The notes under the pieces are model-generated. The model was not told the origin of the DNA. It did not search any database and saw only the letters and a list, made by a program, of their open reading frames with translations. Positions 1 to 14,718 of a stretch of DNA of 64,000 bases are shown here, piece by piece. The first letter of the stretch is position 1. Every line of letters starts with the position of its first letter. This stretch comes from Adineta vaga (lineage: Eukaryota > Animalia > Rotifera): NCBI GenBank assembly GCA_021613535.1, contig CP075497.1:3906001-3970000 (forward strand), written 5' to 3'. Position numbers and translations under genes: made by a program.

Positions 1-67
1 CGCTTTGATTTGATGAATTTATTATGGTTAATCTCTTGAGATTTGATCTATTTTTGTTTTCATTTAG

Positions 68-1238
68 TGTATTGAAAAAACAATCTTCATCAGCTTCAGT
101 TAATAAAGTTGATAATCATTATCATCATTCACAAAAAGATCTCTCGGAGAAACGAATAGCGTAAATGAATGATTACAAGAAAAAATATTGTGTTTAGATT
201 TTCTTTTTTGTTTCAGTGCATATGTCAATGAAAGTGAAAATGAACAACGAAATTTTCTTAAATTAAATAAAGAAAAACGACGGTAAATCTCTTTGTTTCC
301 ATTGCAATAAATTCTGATTCTCGTTTTAGATCAATCCATGAATTACAGTTTCATCAAACTATTTTTAGTGAAAAAAAACGTGCAAAGTACGAAGAATATA
401 GACTCTGTTCGTTTTGTTTTCATTTCCGAGTTTTTAAGAAGTTCACCGGACGTTAATCAATTTATGGGAGGAAACACATCACACGAAAATACAACATGTG
501 ATGAAAATGAGAATCCCGATTGTTCTCGACATAAAAGATCAGCTGTACGTCGTCGAAAGTAAGTTGGATTCTGTATGTAATATACATATATATATATATA
601 TTGATTCATTGAATTTAGACGAAGTAAATCTCCTCGAAAACAAATGCCATCAGAAATATTAGATGCAATCAAGTATGAAAGATATATATTTTTCATAGGA
701 TATTTTCATTATTTCTTGTTTTAATAGATTTGAGCTCGTAGAACCCAATGGTTTAGATGAAAATCAGCTCAAAGATATTCCCTATGAAAATATCAAGTAA
801 GAATAATTGTTTATTACAATAAATTATCTGACTTATTTTTCTCTTCTACTTGGTAATCAAGAACAACCTCTCAACCATTTCGTATTAGTCTTTCACCACA
901 TGCTGCTCGGCGACGACGTTCTTCTCCATTTAATCGTGCAGGGTATGTCATTGATTCACTAGATCTGATTCTATCTATTGTATTCTTCTAATTATCATAG
1001 AGATGTAGTTCATAATGCATCTAGTAATATGTTACCTTATCGAACACAACCTGCCGTTGTGTGTGTTGCTCAAGTTAAATCGACAGTAAGAAATCGATCA
1101 TTCTCTTTCGTTAAATTTTCTTGTTCTTTTCTTTTCTTTTCTTAGAAAATTATTAGTATTACTCGCACAACAGATAACTGTATGTATTGAAAAGAGTGTA
1201 TGATTTAAATGAATTTGTTTTCTTTCTTTTCTTTAGAA
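68..1238 (+). CDS. 3' exons of an unidentified multi-exon gene (Ser/Arg-rich low-complexity C-terminus), 5' end outside the window
   Basis: Series of short exons bounded by GT..AG (e.g. ~68-160, ~218-282, ~1001-1085, ~1146-1179) that join in frame to ...MLPYRTQPAVVCVAQVKST|KIISITRTTDN. No recognisable domain. Confidence 0.5.
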
Positions 1239-3361
1239 AACGAAAATAATTCGATTGTTTTTCGATGAATTATTCCAATTGTTTTCTTATCTTCGTTCAG
1301 ATTTTCTAAGTAGACGTTTCTTTTGTTGTACAATCTTTATCTATCTGATTGTTCTTCTTATTTTTTTCTGTGGTTTATTTGTCAGATAATAGAAATACAA
1401 TGAATAATATTCTTCCTTATATTTATAACTTTCATCGATACTATCGAACGAAGAAAACGACATGATGAATACTTGAGGAAGTTGACTATTGTTCAACAAA
1501 AGAAAAAAAGAACATGATTGACAAGGATGTTTTGAAAATATCAATAAATGTATGTATTGATCGATCAATCAGAATATTAGCGAACAAATTGTTCGATTAC
1601 GATCAGATCTATTCTAATCTCTTGAGATAGTATACAATTTTTATGTATTAAAGAAATGAATTATTCCTCTGATAATTATAAAGTATACATTTTCATTAAA
1701 GAAGTATTTGATTGATCAATGATTTTATTCAATCAATGAACAAGACATCTTTTTGTCATGATTTAAAATAATCAATTTTTTTTTCTACAGAATATCATTT
1801 CATTTACCTTCAATGAAAGCCGAGCAGACTGCATTCAAAGGTGATAAGAAACATATACTTGAACTCTTGAGAATAATAGAACAGAAAAACTTATCATCAC
1901 TTCTTTCATATGACTCTTCAACAAAAAAAAAGATATCATTGAACACATCGATCTCAATGTATTAATATTGTCTCACAAATGAAAATTCAATTCTTTGAAA
2001 ATGATCGATGTTTTTATGTTGTCCAACTTCATCAGTCATTCATTCCTAGACTATGTATAATTGTTCGATATTATCTATTTGAAAAAAAACTAATCCACAT
2101 CTAGATTTATCTTTATATATGTATATGAATTCAATCAAAAATGGAATGTTGCCCTAACTTAGTGATAGTCATCAATACACATATAGACAGTAAAAAAGAA
2201 TAGTTAACCAACTGCATTCTTCTGTGATGATCGCCACAACAAACCGTGCATAGTAAAGAAAGATACCGGTGATATGATCGTCACAAAACATACATACATT
2301 CATACAATGATTCCTATCTTTTTTTTTCTTCGTCTTTTCTTTCGATATGCTATGGTTACGAGCTTGATTTAAAGAGAATAGAATTCCCAAACTAAATCAG
2401 TGTTGCACCAATGACCAACTGAAGGCCTTTTTTGAAATCGGCTTTCCGGATGTGTATTACATCATTGTGTGTGGTGTGTATGTCTTTAATCACTTAGTAC
2501 ATTGACTTGTCTCTTGTCTTCTATCATCATTTCTGATTATCGATCACCAGAGATCACACCCACTTTAACTTCGTTTAATTGCTATTCGTCTTCCTCATCT
2601 TCGATTGCATTTTAGATGTGATCAAACATTGTGTTTAAACGTGTCCCTCTTGTATGTTTATCGAAACCATCAGTCACTGTCGCATTCAATTGACGCGCGT
2701 CGAGATGGTTGATCTGAGAACAATTTATCGGCAAATATTGAACAACTAAGAAAATGCAATTGTTCTTGTTCTCGCATCGAATTAAAGACAGCAATTGCAT
2801 GCATATATATATATATATATGTGTGTATGTGTTTGGAGGTAGAACAGAATAAAAAGAGAAAGAATAAAAGAAAGAAAGAAGACGAGCAGTTGTCTCCCTC
2901 CCTTCCTCTCTTTTCATGTTGAACGTGTGTATAGAACCAAACTGATAGTCCTCTTTGCCGTCTTATGCTCACACACACATACATACATACACATACAAAT
3001 AGAGTCGTGTTATGAAGACAATGAAGTGAATAGACCAACACTAGAACATAGTATAAGTGAGCGAGAACAATTGTTACGCACGAAAGTATAACTGTAAAGA
3101 AGAACTACATTGTCATCAGAATGGCACACTTCTCATCATTTCTTATTCACACGCTACTTTGCAGCACATAGTAATGCCTGAGGTCTGCAATGCGACATAC
3201 TTCTTCATTAATTCGATCGTCTTATTATGTCTCTTCCGCTTTCTCTCGTTTTCCCTCCCTCTATTTCTCTTGTTCTGCTCTTTTATTTATGTACAGTTAG
3301 ATGATAATGTGGATAACTCATTATTCTTAGACGAACCATTTCACAGTCGTCTTATGAACGG

Positions 3362-5423
3362 ATGGATTGGCTAGTGTGGTATTACTTTCTTATCAATATA
3401 TTATTTGTCACAGTCATTGCTGATACCGATCATATTAAAGCAATTTATGGTCAACAGGATGAACGAATTCGACTCGAATGTATAGTGTCATCGAGATTAG
3501 ATGCTGAAGAGGTATGTGTCGAATAATATTTCATTCGCTTAAATGCTTTTACCTAGACCGGAGGTGAAACAACCTTCTAGACATTCTTATTCATATTGAT
3601 TATCAATGGTTGAATGAATTGATGTCCTTTCAATCTATCTATCTATCTCTCTATCTTTGTGTATTGTTTCTTTTTTCTAGGCCATGTGGATGCGTATTCG
3701 TCAACCACACAATCCTGATATTCTAACTTATCGAGATAGTGTTGTCTATGCACCAGATCGAATCCAACTCGAACAACGTCGTCTCAGTTCAAGTATTAAT
3801 GCAAATGGACTATTAGTTGACACATATTTTTTAACCTTAACACTTCTACGACCTAATATTGATGATGAAGGACGATATGTTTGTTCAAGAGGAAAAAACA
3901 TTTTTGCTGAATATGATCTTTCGATTATTGGTAAATATTGAAAATCAACTGATTACTAATGCACGAATTTGTTTCTTTTCTTCTTCTAGTTCCAACGCAA
4001 TTTGTCGAAGATGATAATTTTAGTCAACAACGAATAGTTCTCGAAGGTTCAACACTTCAACTTTCATGTGCAGCAACAGGTCGACCACAACCTTCAATAA
4101 CATGGTATTATCGTACAACAGATGGGAAACATATTTCATGTAAATACATCTTTTAAATGATGGAGAGGTGTAAATTAAAAAAGATTAGTTGTCTCATCTT
4201 TATTTCCGTTGTAGTAGAGTAGAAAAAAAAACATGACATGTCAATGTCGTCATTTTCCCGAATGCCTTCAAACATTTCCCGCGTTCGACTTGACCGATCC
4301 TTTCTTCTTTTCTTATATTTACGTAATCTTCAACTGATTTAAGAAGAAGAGAAAACGGAACAAGTGCGTGTGTGTTTTGCACATATTGTACTCACACATA
4401 AATGGGATCGTTATTGATTTAGTTTGTCAGATGAAGATTGATTAAAACTATCTAATAACAGATTATGTCAATAGTATTGAGACGAAAAAAAAGGAGCTTT
4501 TCTTTTGATTCTAGTGGGTGATGGTATGGGTTGTAATGAAACAGTATGTGAATTACGTCTTGGAAATTATACACGCAATGATCCGAATATTATTGAATGT
4601 ATTGCTGATAATAAAAAATCAACCAGAATATCTAAAATATTCAATATTGATGTTCATTGTAAGTTGAATGAGATGATAATCAATCAATTGATCGTCGTAT
4701 TTTGTTATATTTAGATTCACCAAAACTCATAACAAATGTTCGAACATATACACGTACACGAAGTATTGATGTAATTCTTCAATGTTCATCAATAGCTAAT
4801 CCAGCAGCACCGATTATATGGCTTGATGATACAAAACAAGAATTGAATAATTCACATATCTATGATATAAAAACAATTAATCATTCATCAACATTATCTT
4901 TTTCTGTGGTATGTCATTTCGATTGACTAGAGAAGAACAAAAATTCCAAGAGATTTGTTTATTTAGTTTCCTCATGAATATTCACCTGTCGTTTTCTATT
5001 GTCAATCTAACAATTCATATGGAACAGATGAAAAATTAATCAATATTTCAGGTATTTAATAACTTTTTCATAATCTTCCTTCAATTAACTATTCTATTTA
5101 GATTTTGTTCAATTTGATACGATTATTATTCGTGAAACAACGACTATTCCACCGTCAACATCAATAGTTCATTCTGATAAATCATTTTCAAAAAAACAAA
5201 AAACTTGTAATAAACATTTTCTATTCTCTTCTATCTACTTTTCATATGATCTTATTTAGTACGACCCACTCGTGCTCGATCTCGTTCATCGACTAGTACA
5301 ATTCCTTCGACTTCTCCAATGCAGTCATTATCTGCCCCATCCTCATCGAACAGTTTCATTGCTTCATTTTCAAACAAATTTTTTCATTTCATTTTAATTT
5401 TCTTTGTCAATTGTTTTGTATAA
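3362..5423 (+). CDS. Three-Ig-domain cell adhesion protein, probably GPI-anchored (Lachesin/DIP/IgLON-like)
   Basis: Signal peptide MDWLVWYYFLINILFVTVIA (ATG 3362). Ig motifs RLECIV..W..DEGRYVC, LQLSCAATGRPQPSITW and ILQCSSIANPAAPIIW..FYCQSNN. Ser/Thr-rich stalk and hydrophobic C-terminus FFIFILIFFVNCFV* (TAA 5421-5423). About 8 exons. Confidence 0.8.
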
Positions 5424-5595
5424 AAATTCTTCTCCTTTGTTTTTTTGTAATCTTAATATTTAATGCATATTTTATAACTCTTACAATAACTGAATTCATT
5501 ATAAAAAATAAAGAACAAACTAAATACAACTAGAAAAAAAAAGACGACGAGTCTTATTGCACTGTGGATGTTTTTTTCTTCTCTTGACTATTGGA

Positions 5596-8500
5596 TTAAA
5601 CCAAGGAGTATTGTTCCTGTTCATGATGTTTATAAGATTTCGATGATTCGATATTTAAATGATTCGGTGTTGTTCCTCTAGAATAAGAAAAGAGTTTTTA
5701 AAATGATAGACAAGAAGATCAATGAGCAATCCTACGTTAGAAATGTGAAATGATGATCATATGTTGCATATAAATGTTTCTCTTGATCGTTATTAGCATC
5801 TGCTGATGACGGACGATCATATGAAAAACCATGTGGATGACATCTAAAGATTATCAAAATGAATTTCGAATTTCAAATGAAAAGAAACAACTAACTTTCG
5901 AAATGAATGTTTAGTAATTGGACTTTGAGTAAAAGATGAATGAACACCGGAATCAGCAGAAGAAGAACTTTGATCAGCAAAGATATGATTATTATTTGAG
6001 AATTTCTTTGTATTTAATGTTGTTTGTCTTGATGATGGAACAAGTGTAAATGCGGAAGAGAGTTCACCCTGAGATGATGAAACAGTTGAAAGAACACTTG
6101 ATGATGCTTGCTGAGGTGGAGGATACTGATTTGATAATGAACATTGAGGAGGAATTTGTACAAGAGGATTACGTTTGCAAGCTTCTTCATTATCAAGTGA
6201 TGAAGATTCAAGTATTATTGGACGAAAATATCGTTCAGAAGGAGTTGTCGATGGACGAAGATCTAAATTTGTAGGAAATAGAGATCATAACAAATCAGTA
6301 TAACATATACAAGATTAATTTCTATGCCGAGAAGAAAATATTCAATTCTTACCCGAAGGATCCATCAGACAATATGCATGTTTATTATCTTTCCATACTG
6401 AATTATGATCAGTTCGATCTTTACAATTCGATGGCCAACCAGTGACTGCATATGGATTTATATTTCCTTGTGAATCTTCTGGAAAAGAAAAGCACAACTA
6501 GTCACTATGACATATCAAAATAAAAATGAAATCTACCTGATGCATAACTATATGGTCGAGTACTATTTTCAATTTGACTATCTGTATAATTTTCTATTGT
6601 AAATTCATTATTACTTGTTAACCATGTTCCATGGTACTGATGATGAGGATATGATGAACATAGAACTGGTTTTAATTTTCTTGTTTGTCCAAGAAATAGA
6701 TCTAAATAATGAACGTAAAGTTTTTCTTTGAATGAAATTCATCTAGAAATATTTACCAGCATTTTTCCAATGTAATCGACAGAATTTAATTGCTATAAAG
6801 ACAATAATTGATGAAATAAGTGCAAGAATACATGAGACAACAATAATTATAATGATAATATAATAATTTTGTGATTTTGAATTTGTTAATTTTTGATCAT
6901 TCGTTGTTCGAAAAGAAATTATTTTGATTATTTCACCAGCTTGACTATTAATTTTAATTTGTAATTGATAATCTTGATTCGATAGAAGATTATCAAGTTG
7001 AATTGTTTTCAAATGATTTTTAAATGAATAAAATTGATGAAGATTTCGTGCAGTAGAATTTCGTGTAGGAAATAATTCGATTTCAAAAGATAAAATTGAA
7101 CAATAATTGATAAACCAATTTGACATATTTAAAATAATAAAATTATTTGATATTGTTTCGATTAATTCTTTCGATGGTATCAATGTTGGAACTATTCAAA
7201 GGAGATAAACAAAATAAATTCGTAGTTCAGATTCAATCCTCTTACTTGAACCATCAGTTTTTCCAATGATCGAATCACTTAAACTAAAGCCGACAGAATT
7301 TTTCGCTGATATTACTATGTCATAGATATTTCCACATGAGAGATTAGTCAAACGAATGTTTGGCAAAGGAGGAGAAATAGATATTTCATTAATCATTGAA
7401 TTTTGTTGTGATTTATAAGTTATGGTCAAATTTTCGATTATGTCCGATGGAAAATGAAGTTTCAAACCGATTTCATTCGATGTTGTATAATGAATTTTAG
7501 CTAGAATAGGAGATGGTTTATCTGAGGAAAAAACAAAACAAGAAATTGATAGATTTCAATAAGAACAGATTTTGTTGTACCGTAGAATTGAATAATGTAT
7601 TGTTTTGATCCACAATAATATTGATTAGATTTTTCATCAAATTTTGGATGAGGTATGAATAGAGAATTATTATTTAATATATATTGATGAAGTGGTTTGT
7701 AACTAAAGTTATTTTATTGAAATACAAAAATGATAAAATAAACAATCGTTTTTTCTATGCATACCTGTGTGACCAGGAATTTTTTGATGGACAATCCAGA
7801 AGAAGTGGTTGGTTGATTGGATGTACAATGATACTTGCCATATCAAAGCCTTCAATATAAGACAAGGAATAGTTTTTTTTTGTTACAATATGATATCCAT
7901 CACTTACCTAAGGATGGTGTTTCAATACGCATTGCTAATGATGATGGACCACAATCGAAATAATTACAAACAGTGACTGAGATATAATACTTCGATGATG
8001 AATGAAGAGTATCAATAATAAGATTTGGATTGATTGTTTCAATTGTAAGTAATGTTGACATATCTAAAAAAGAAAAGATTCTGTCTGAAAGAGGAAAAAG
8101 ACAATCGAATAAGAAAATCTTACTAAAATGTTCATAAATTGTCACTGCAAATACACGAAATTTGCCATTGAGTAATTGAAGAGCATTCGTTTCAAATGTC
8201 CATGTTAAATGAACAGATGTTGTATTCAATAATACTGCTGTTAAATCTTTTACCATAGCCAATGGAACTAAAAACAAACAATATTTTTTGTTTTGTTTTA
8301 TCATTATTTCTCTTCGATAAAACATACCACTTTCTAATGTTTGTATCGTTAATGGTTGAGATTTAGGACTTGGCCCTAATTCATTGATTGCATATACAAT
8401 AAATGTATATCTAGTCGAACTTTTCAAATCATTTATGGTCAATAATGTTAAATTATTTCGATAAGTTTGAATGATAGTTTGAGTAGATTCATCATATATT

Positions 8501-11500
8501 TCAATAATATATTCAATAAATGAATTATCACATAATTGAAACGATGGATACTAAAAATAAATAAAATATTGCTTTATATATATGATGGATATGTTTATCT
8601 ATAGTTTAAGTGTTCGATACTATTAATTGCATGATGAAAATATACAATTACATCTCTAATAGAATGATTATTTTTAGACTAATCATGGTGGATTAATTTG
8701 ACATTCTAATTAATCTTTCATTCCTATTCAATCTGACATCAGGAAGTATTTCATCCTGCTAAGAAAATTCTTCAGAAATACTCATGCAAATCTCATTAGA
8801 ACATCACATTCAATTTCTTCATTAGCACTACTGACTATGTCCTAAGAAAACTATCTAAACAAAACAAATGAGTATATCTTTACACACCTGCCATGACAGT
8901 ATCACACTTTTCGATGAAATATCAATAATAGTGAGATTATGTGGAGCAATTAACAGTTCTACATGAAAAATAGATAAACATTCAATATTCAACAAATGAT
9001 TTATTACGTTGAAGATTTGTTTGAAAATGTAGAGGAATACTTGTTAATGATGTACCAATTCTATTTACTGCTTCAATTGTTACTGACATAGTACATTTTG
9101 AATAACGATTATCAAAAGAATACGAAGTGTGATTACTATCATTGACTATAATGATTGTTTCATTTGACCATGATATTCCTAAACAAAAACATATGAATAG
9201 ATCAGATTAGATGCATTGATTTAATTTACCTTGTTTATACTGAATTCGAAGGATATATTTGAAAATATGTGCATTTCCATCGAATGGTTTCATCCATGAA
9301 ATCCGATTGGAATTGTCTACGAGAATCTTTTCGATTCGATCTGGTACATTTTGTACAATTATTTGAAATATTGAACGATCTTCGGAATAATTATTCTTTG
9401 CATAACATTCATAGAAACCATGATCAGACATTTGAAGATGTTCAATTGTAAATGATAAAGTTTTTCTATAATCATTTATCGTTTCAATTATATGATATGT
9501 TTTTAATTGAGGACTTTTGAATTTCACTTCCAATTGATTATCACCTTGTGTTGAACAAGAAACATTCAATGTATCATTAATTTTCATTGTTTTATTTGAT
9601 GTTAATGATACAATTTTTGCTGGAATTTGAATTGTAACATGAACGGAATTGAAACTTTCTCCGTAAAGATTATTTCCTTGACAAGTAAAAATACTTGATT
9701 TGTTTATTGTCGTTGTTAGAAGAATTGGTGATGTTAATGAAGTATTAAGCATTTGTTTAGTTATTTGATCAAACCATTTTAATTGAAGATTTGGTTGACC
9801 AGATGCATAACAAGCAAGTGTAAATTCTTTTCCAGCTATGATTGTTTGATTTGTTAGAGATTGAATATATGGTTTTTGTTGTTCGATATTAATATGTTTT
9901 GAATAAGTTATTGAACCAAATGAATTGTTTATTCGATATTCATAAAGACCTGTTTCATTCAATTTAGATACATATATTCGATAATGAGTAAATAGATCTC
10001 CTGATGGTAAGAATTTAATTTGATTATGAGAATTTAATTTTTGACCATCTTTATACAGTTGAATTGTTGGTATTGGATCAGCATAAAGAGTCAAATTAAG
10101 ATCAATTGGAACATGTGAGATATTGTTTGATGGCATTATAATAATATTTGAATATGTCTGTTCAGCGGTGAGGATAAAAGGCGGTGAATCTAAATAGATA
10201 GACAAAGTTTGTTTAGAAGAGAATTCTACCAGATGAACATGTGTTGAAAGACAATCACTTCCGGTAATGGGATCGTATGTATACGTGCTAATGAACATTT
10301 TCTTTTTCTTTTTCTTTTCTTTTTTGTTTATCGAAACTGTCATTGTGAAGAAAGGAAAAAGCCAGCGACTTACTGATGACACGAAGTTGAGTTTGTGCAC
10401 AACAAGTATTTGAATCTGATGAACTGGTTAGATAACAACATTGATACATTCCCATATGTGCTCGTGTTAAATTAGTTATAATATATCGATCAGTAGTTAT
10501 GGATATGGGATTAGAATTATGATACCATTGCCATGAAATTGATGATGATGATGATTTCATTGAATTACTTTTACAAATTAATTCAGCAGTAGATCCAGCA
10601 TGAAAGTTTGTTTGTTGAATTGACATTGTACATTGAATAGGAACTTTAAAATGGAAATTTTATTATAAAATAAGACGAACAAATTTCACTTACGATCAAC
10701 TTTTAAAGACATTGATGATATGATACGTCCACTTGATTCATCATCAATTCGACATGCATAATTACCTGAATCATTGGATGATGTATTCGAAAGTTGAAGA
10801 ATTAAAGAGCTATTATAAACTTGTTTCGATATATCAATCATTTCAATTTCATTTTTCCACCATGATATTCGAGCATGTGTTGATACTGATGCAATACCAC
10901 AAGGTAATTCAATAAGACTACCTGCTACAGCTCGATATTCTGTATTATTTGGAATAGATAATTCTGGTCCAAATGGTGAACGATCTATATGAATTTTCAT
11001 TTGAAATAGAAATAAACTTAATTGAACTTCGATCTTACCTCGAACACGTAATGATTTAAATCGACTTTGTCGTCTGTCATTATCGATTTGATTATTAACA
11101 ATACAAGCATAAGTTCGATTATCGTCTGCTTTAGTAATATTATGTATAATTAAATTTTGATTCGATAATAAATTATATTTTGTTCTCGGTCCTAAAAGAT
11201 CTTTTACATTGTCTTTGTTTTTTTTTCCGTTGATTAACTTACGTAAATCAAGCTGAATAATTTCATTATCAACTTTTTCTAACCAACCCGTCACATGAAC
11301 ATATGAACTCGCTGATGGAGGTGAAATTTCACACGAAAGAATAACAGAAGATTGTTCAAATCCGAACGTATTTTTTACTTCAATCTCATATGTATCATAG
11401 ATTTCTAAAAGAAAAACAAAGAGAAATTCTTTTCATTTCCTGTCATAACATTAATCCATTCGAACAGTTTCATTGTTGGACAGGTCAATTCTGATGTAAT

Positions 11501-14156
11501 CGTATTAAATTAATGCATTAAGACTAAATCGAATTAGAAACGTTTGCGTGCTATTACAGGAAAACGATTAGTACATGCTCGAATGAATTACTCTGACATG
11601 TAAATATGAATAAAGACAAAGCCAAAAAGAAATTTAGATTGAATCATCGATGTTCACAAATTTTTAATTACATCTTTTTTGATTTTTGAAGATGATTGTT
11701 AATAGAAATAACAATTGAGTTTCATTTCTCAACTTTTTTTTTATTTGCCCATAGATTCTCTTTGACGACTTCAATTCACTCTCTTTTATTCTGCCACTCG
11801 ATTTCAATAATTGTGTGTTGATTTAAGATTTTTAGTTTGAAGAGTGTGTGTGTGTGTGTGATTGATAATACCAGCAGCACACACACACATGTACACACTC
11901 GTTCTGAAACTAGCTCAATCATACCCCAACCTATCATCATAGAAATTGACCGCGAGTATGTCTTACGTGAACTAATTATTACAGACATAGAAAGAAAATA
12001 GAGTCATCTGGTTTTTAGCCGGACACTATCAATAAATATTTGGACATGACGTGCATGCATGTTAAGGCACGTCGAACAGTCACACAATGATGTTACTACT
12101 ACTCTAAGCTGATTAGTGAGGATCATCTATTTGCTTGAAACATTTGTATGTCTCCTACAATTTACTAATTTATACAACACGCATGTTCTAATCTAAACAA
12201 TGACTTCTCCCTTCTTTCATTTCTTTTTCAGTCAATTGAATATATATATATGTATATATATATGTATAAATTTTATTCGATATTGTACATGATTTATTTA
12301 TTGAACACAGTTGGAATTCTGATATCAAACTATGTTCTCATTCGACTAATGCATAAGCACGCCTGTATTCTATATCTATTGTTCACTTAATTGAGCACAT
12401 AGGGGAGACAACGAGCGAGAAAGAGAGAAAATTTGCACAAGTGATAATCACCGCATATACATATACACATATGCTCGTTCGTTAGCACTTGTCAAGAAGT
12501 CACTCTGCACACATACTTATGTTCATCTTGATTTCCGCCTAGTGATAAAGAGGAAGATAATCTACTGGTATAGAACGATTTATTAGCAGAATGTGTCAGT
12601 CTAATCTTACTGTCTCTGTTTTTATTCATTGTGTGAATGCTAAAGTGGCTGCATTCAGGATCAGCCATATGGTTGTCTCGTGTATACGACGAAACAAATA
12701 ATAATGATATTGACATTTCCTATCAAATAGGCAATGCATACATGAACTAGACTCGATCAAATTACAATAGGGCGGGAGGTGAAATTTCAAGAATGTGTGT
12801 ACATCATTCTGCTCTCTCTTACTCTCTTTTTTGTTTTGCTAAGAGCATATCTTTTGAGGTTAATAGTACGAAAGTAATTTCATCACTGCAGAACATTCGA
12901 TTAAAATTACTCACGTGGTTTAAGTTGAATCGGTGTTGTTTGAATACTCCCAGCTGCATTCTCTGCTCGACAAACAAATATACCAGCATGAATAGATTTT
13001 TGATATTCACGAAATGGACGAATATATAAACTTCCATTTTGATAAACATGACTAAAATATTCAAAGAAAAGACATATAGAAATGATTTCTTCTACTATTG
13101 TTAAATGCTCATCAATGTTGATTAGCCTATTTGACAGGTGTCGAATATAATGATTAAAAACGAATTTCCGTTGCGCTCTATCGCGAATAAATACATATAA
13201 ATATCTCTTTGAGTTTGCCGCCTAACAATCTGCAGCTGATGCCCGTAGAATGATCAATGATTAACAACTGAACAGAAGAAGACACAAAAAGAAAAACAAG
13301 ATAAGATGTCTCACATAAGGTCTGAAGATTGGACAAATGTTGACGGTCGATCATCACTCCCATTCGTTCGGAACCATGTTAACATTGGTAATGGAGTACC
13401 ATTTGCTAAACAATCAAGTTTTGTACCTAAATTGTTGTAATAAAGTCTTTGTTTAGTTGTTATTGTTGACACAAAACTCGGTCCAATCGGAAGATCAATT
13501 GTCACAACATCTAAACGAATCAAACAAATAAATAAACAAATAATGAATCGTTTCTTCGTTATTTTTTTTTATGTAACCATATTTAATCAAAGCTCACACT
13601 TGAATAATTATGTTCTTCGATCTTTTTCTTTTTTGCTTTATTAACCAGCTGCTCCCTACTCACAGTTAGTCTATAGGGATTTTTAGTTTTCTTTTTAACA
13701 TATATACATATATATGTATGTATGCAGATGAAAAAACGAGTTAGGTAATCGAAACCGTCAAAAGAAGAAGTTTCATACACATGTTAAATAGAAAAAGAAA
13801 ATGATGCATTCACGCATGTCATAGAATTTTTTCAGAACCAGTATTTGACTACTGATGACCTTGTCATCTTTTCTTTTTTTTCTTATGTCCGTCATTTAAA
13901 TATGCATTCGTCCTATAGTTAGACTTCTTCTGCTATTTCAGCTGCTAACATTCACTAGATAACAATGTATGTACACGTTAATGATGCAATCTGGAGAATA
14001 CATATACGTTCTCATCAGTGCAATATGCCATGTTCTCTCACCGAATAAAGATGACAAATTATTCTATCAAATAAGACAATGAAAACGACAAAAGATCTTA
14101 CCTTGCAGATAAAGGACAAGGCAAAGTTGAATACCAATGAGTATCTTCATTTTCAT
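5596..14156 (-). CDS. Dscam: Dscam-like receptor, shortened (about 7 Ig + 3 FN3 + 1 Ig + 2 FN3 + TM + cytoplasmic tail)
   Basis: Signal exon 14156-14102 (MKMKILIGIQLCLVLYLQ). Ig1 GPSFV..YNNLGTKLDCLANGTPLPMLTW..LYIRPFREYQKSIHAGIFVCRAENAAGSI and Ig2 YEIEV..SVILSCEISP..VHVTGW resemble Dscam Ig1/Ig2. FN3 motifs WMKPFDGN, LKSSTRYTFIVYAINELG and LSCGNIYDIVISAKNSVG. TM IIIIIIVVSCILALISSIIVFIAI. C-terminus ...EQYSLV* (stop 5598-5596). Confidence 0.85.
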
Positions 14157-14695
14157 CTTGAATCATGAAAAATTATCACCATTGTATAGGCGGATAACAT
14201 CATCTAAATTGACATACAAGACACTTGTCGATACTGAATCACTATCTATATCAATTGTACACAATGTGTATCAAATATATGCGAGAGAAAGAGAAAGAAT
14301 AAGGTGAGAATGAACAAACTGAAAAAGAGAAGAAAGAGAAGAAGAAGAAAAGAAATAAATATGAACACCGGTTGTACTGTTAGAATAACAAATATAAAGC
14401 TACATAGGAGAATATGATGGTAGTAGTGCTGGTCGTCATACTAGTAGAGTACACTGATTGTCCCTCTTGCGTGTGCTTTCTCTCTCTCTCTCCTCTTCTC
14501 TGTGGGTCTATACAAGACAAATAAACTTTATAGTATAAGAAAAGAAATAAAGAAGGGAGGGAAGAAAAAAGTTATGGCTGCTGTAATGCAGACCGAAAGT
14601 CAAATCATCTCTTCGTTCCTAATTAGAGACGATCGACAAAGGAGTAAGACAAAGAGAAAAGAGGAGAAGAGAGAAGAGAAAGAACTTATGCGAAT

Positions 14696-14718
14696 AAGAA
14701 GAAGAAGAAGAAGAAGAA
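14696..14718. repeat. (GAA)n microsatellite within a purine-rich tract upstream of the Dscam-like gene
   Basis: Direct reading: agaagaagaagaagaagaagaaa. Confidence 0.8.

Noticed and set aside
2172-3374. Short ORFs upstream of the Ig gene
   Set aside because: They derive from (TA)n/(CA)n and pyrimidine tracts and are probably 5' UTR or regulatory DNA.
11410-12910. Arthropod-style arrays of mutually exclusive Dscam exons in the large intron
   Set aside because: No repeated Ig-like exon variants are visible; the intron contains microsatellites and unique non-coding sequence.
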